The notes below the pieces were generated by a model. It was not told the DNA's origin, did no database searches, and saw only the letters and a list, made by a program, of their open reading frames with translations. Position numbers and translations under genes: made by a program. Below are positions 61,729 through 64,000 of a stretch of DNA of 64,000 nt, one piece after another (position 1 is the stretch's first letter; the number at the start of each line of letters is the position of its first letter). Source of the stretch: Chrysomallon squamiferum (taxonomy: Eukaryota; Animalia; Mollusca). The stretch is taken from assembly GCA_012295275.1 (NCBI GenBank), contig CM022672.1, positions 2,852,001-2,916,000 on the forward strand, given 5' to 3'.

Positions 61729-62589
61729 TCAAGTTGTAACATAAAACAGGACAAAGCAGTCGCTGGATTTGTAACAGCATCAAGCAATGAATCACTGCAT
61801 GGTTGTCATTTTACCAGCAAAGCAATCAAACCGTTCACGTGTTTGTTCCATAAATAACTGTGACACACTGCATTTTCACAGTGTTCAGTTGCAAATAATA
61901 TCAGTGGCATTATAGGCTGGAATATGATACAAAGCAGAGAACACAATATTTGACATATGCTATAATTTATAAACAAATCTGAAGTATTTTTCATTTCTCG
62001 TTTTTAATTTTTTGTTATTGTAATTTATATTTTTTATTTTTTTATTTTTTATTATTATTTTTTTTTTTTCTTATTTTAAAATACAGTTCATTTCTTTCAC
62101 CGTGTTTTAAATTAAAAATTAATAAATACCAATCTAATGACTATCAAATGACGAAGTTGTTAAGGGTATTTGCTTTAATTGTAATAATTACATTTTAGTT
62201 ATCAGTAAATATAAATTTACCCACGTAGCTGTCGACCACAATAATTTTAACTACATTGTAGTCCCTGTTGTAGTTCACACTTATTCTTGACACGGCAACA
62301 GATGTAACATCAATTCCCAGTGAGTATATGACGTAAATAAAAGTGAAAATGACGTCATAATTAAAGCGTAGATATATATATAGTTCACAGCCGTTCTTTA
62401 CGGATATTTTCAAAATGAATGTGAAAATGACGTCATAATTAAATATATTACATCCAGCCATTTCTGAGATGACAGAAATAAAAGTGAAATGAAAATGTTC
62501 TCGTAGACAACTTTGTACTGCATATATCTTAAATTCTATCTCCCGGGCGTCAAAACAAGAGCAATAGCAGCAGCAGCAGCAGCCGTAGC

Positions 62590-62628
<39 letters not shown>

Positions 62629-63013
62629 TAAAATAAGGGTCTTTAAAATATTATTTATTACTACTTGTGTTTGACAAGAAGACAGTAGTTATAGGATAAA
62701 GAAAAAAAATAGCACATGCTTTGTCACTGGTTTTGTAATTAGGTTACACCATGTAATTGTCTTTACCAACGTATGCAGGCATTAATGAAAAGGGACATTT
62801 TCATTTCTTCTTGCTATAATTTAATCAAGCTGGATTCCAATCGATCTAAATACATGATTTTTGAAAGAATAAAATTCTTGCTTATTTTTTAGATCTTCTT
62901 CTGTTTTGTCTTTATAATGACGACATCTAACGTTTTTATCCACAAGCAGGATTCGACAGATGATTATGTGTTTGTAAAACGTGTTGCGTTTTATTTTTTA
63001 CTTCATTTTGGGA

Positions 63014-63120
<107 letters not shown>

Positions 63121-64000
63121 GTCTTCTTTAATTTCCTTTTCTGCCTCAGAGTTTGTGCATCTGTATCCCCCGTTTTTTCTATCTCATTTTTTTGTTCTGT
63201 TCTTGTTTTCTCGCTTTCTCTTTCCTTTTTCATCTTTCTTTTACCAAAATGAAGAACATTAACCAAGCATAATAAAGTATACCGTGTCCACAAATCGACC
63301 GCACGCCAGTGGTCCGTCAGTAAAGTGTTTGCTAAAGTAGATAAAATGGTGAAATTAGAATCTAGTTGATATTTAAATCCGTTATTGCATTGGAAGGTTG
63401 CAGGAAGCAATTTGCAGACAGCAGGCAATTTCCTCCCTTAGTCTAATTACACTGCAGCACAAACGAGTCGGCGATTTTGTTTTTCCTTCATAAAACAGCG
63501 AGCGGTTCCCTCAGTCTGATATTTTTAAACACGTTTACCACAACATGTTTTATTTAATTTATTTAATTTAATGTGTTTGTTATATGTGTAATTACTTATT
63601 TTAAATTACATTTTACTAATATATATTTATGCATATATGTTTATGTGTACACGTGTGTTTGTTTATGTGTGTGTGTGTGTTTGTATGTATGTATGTATTT
63701 ATTAGTATTAATATTATTATTATTATTATTGTTACTGTTATTATTATTAATATTGCTGTTGTTATTATTATTACTGTAATTGTTGTTATTATTATTGTTA
63801 TTATTATTGTTGTTGTTGTTGTTATTACTTGTAAATGTCTTGATGATATTAACAGAAGAAATAAAAAATAATTTTAATGATAGCAGCCGTAGTTATACTT
63901 CCATTGTTAGCAGTGTTAGTATTAGTAGTAATAGTAATACTTGTATTATCAGAATTAACTAGTAGCAGTAGTAATAGTTGTAATATTAATATTAGTAGTA

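Overview
AT-rich, microsatellite-dense animal genomic DNA. An invertebrate, possibly a mollusc, is my inference from repeat remnants and is not certain. The window is almost entirely the 5' end of a minus-strand GARNL3-like (Rap/Ran-GAP domain) gene. One 70-nt coding exon (287-356, SPTSDLAARRGVFSRRHYGSVEL) is recognisable. A well-formed ATG-containing first exon at 59055-59311 joins it in frame across a 58.7 kb intron. Inside that intron are two textbook recursive-splice (ratchet) sites at 28950/28951 and 41776/41777. They share an identical 18-mer TCTTTTCAG|GTAAGTACA, each has a downstream cryptic RS-exon donor, and each has a long (UC)n tract about 90-110 nt upstream. The intron also holds several further candidate alternative first exons that all end in phase 2, a TA-flanked Tc1/mariner-pogo-type MITE, 56-bp and 29-bp minisatellites, and local duplications. 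Almost all ORFs in the supplied track are microsatellite artefacts. All splicing calls are sequence predictions that need RNA evidence.
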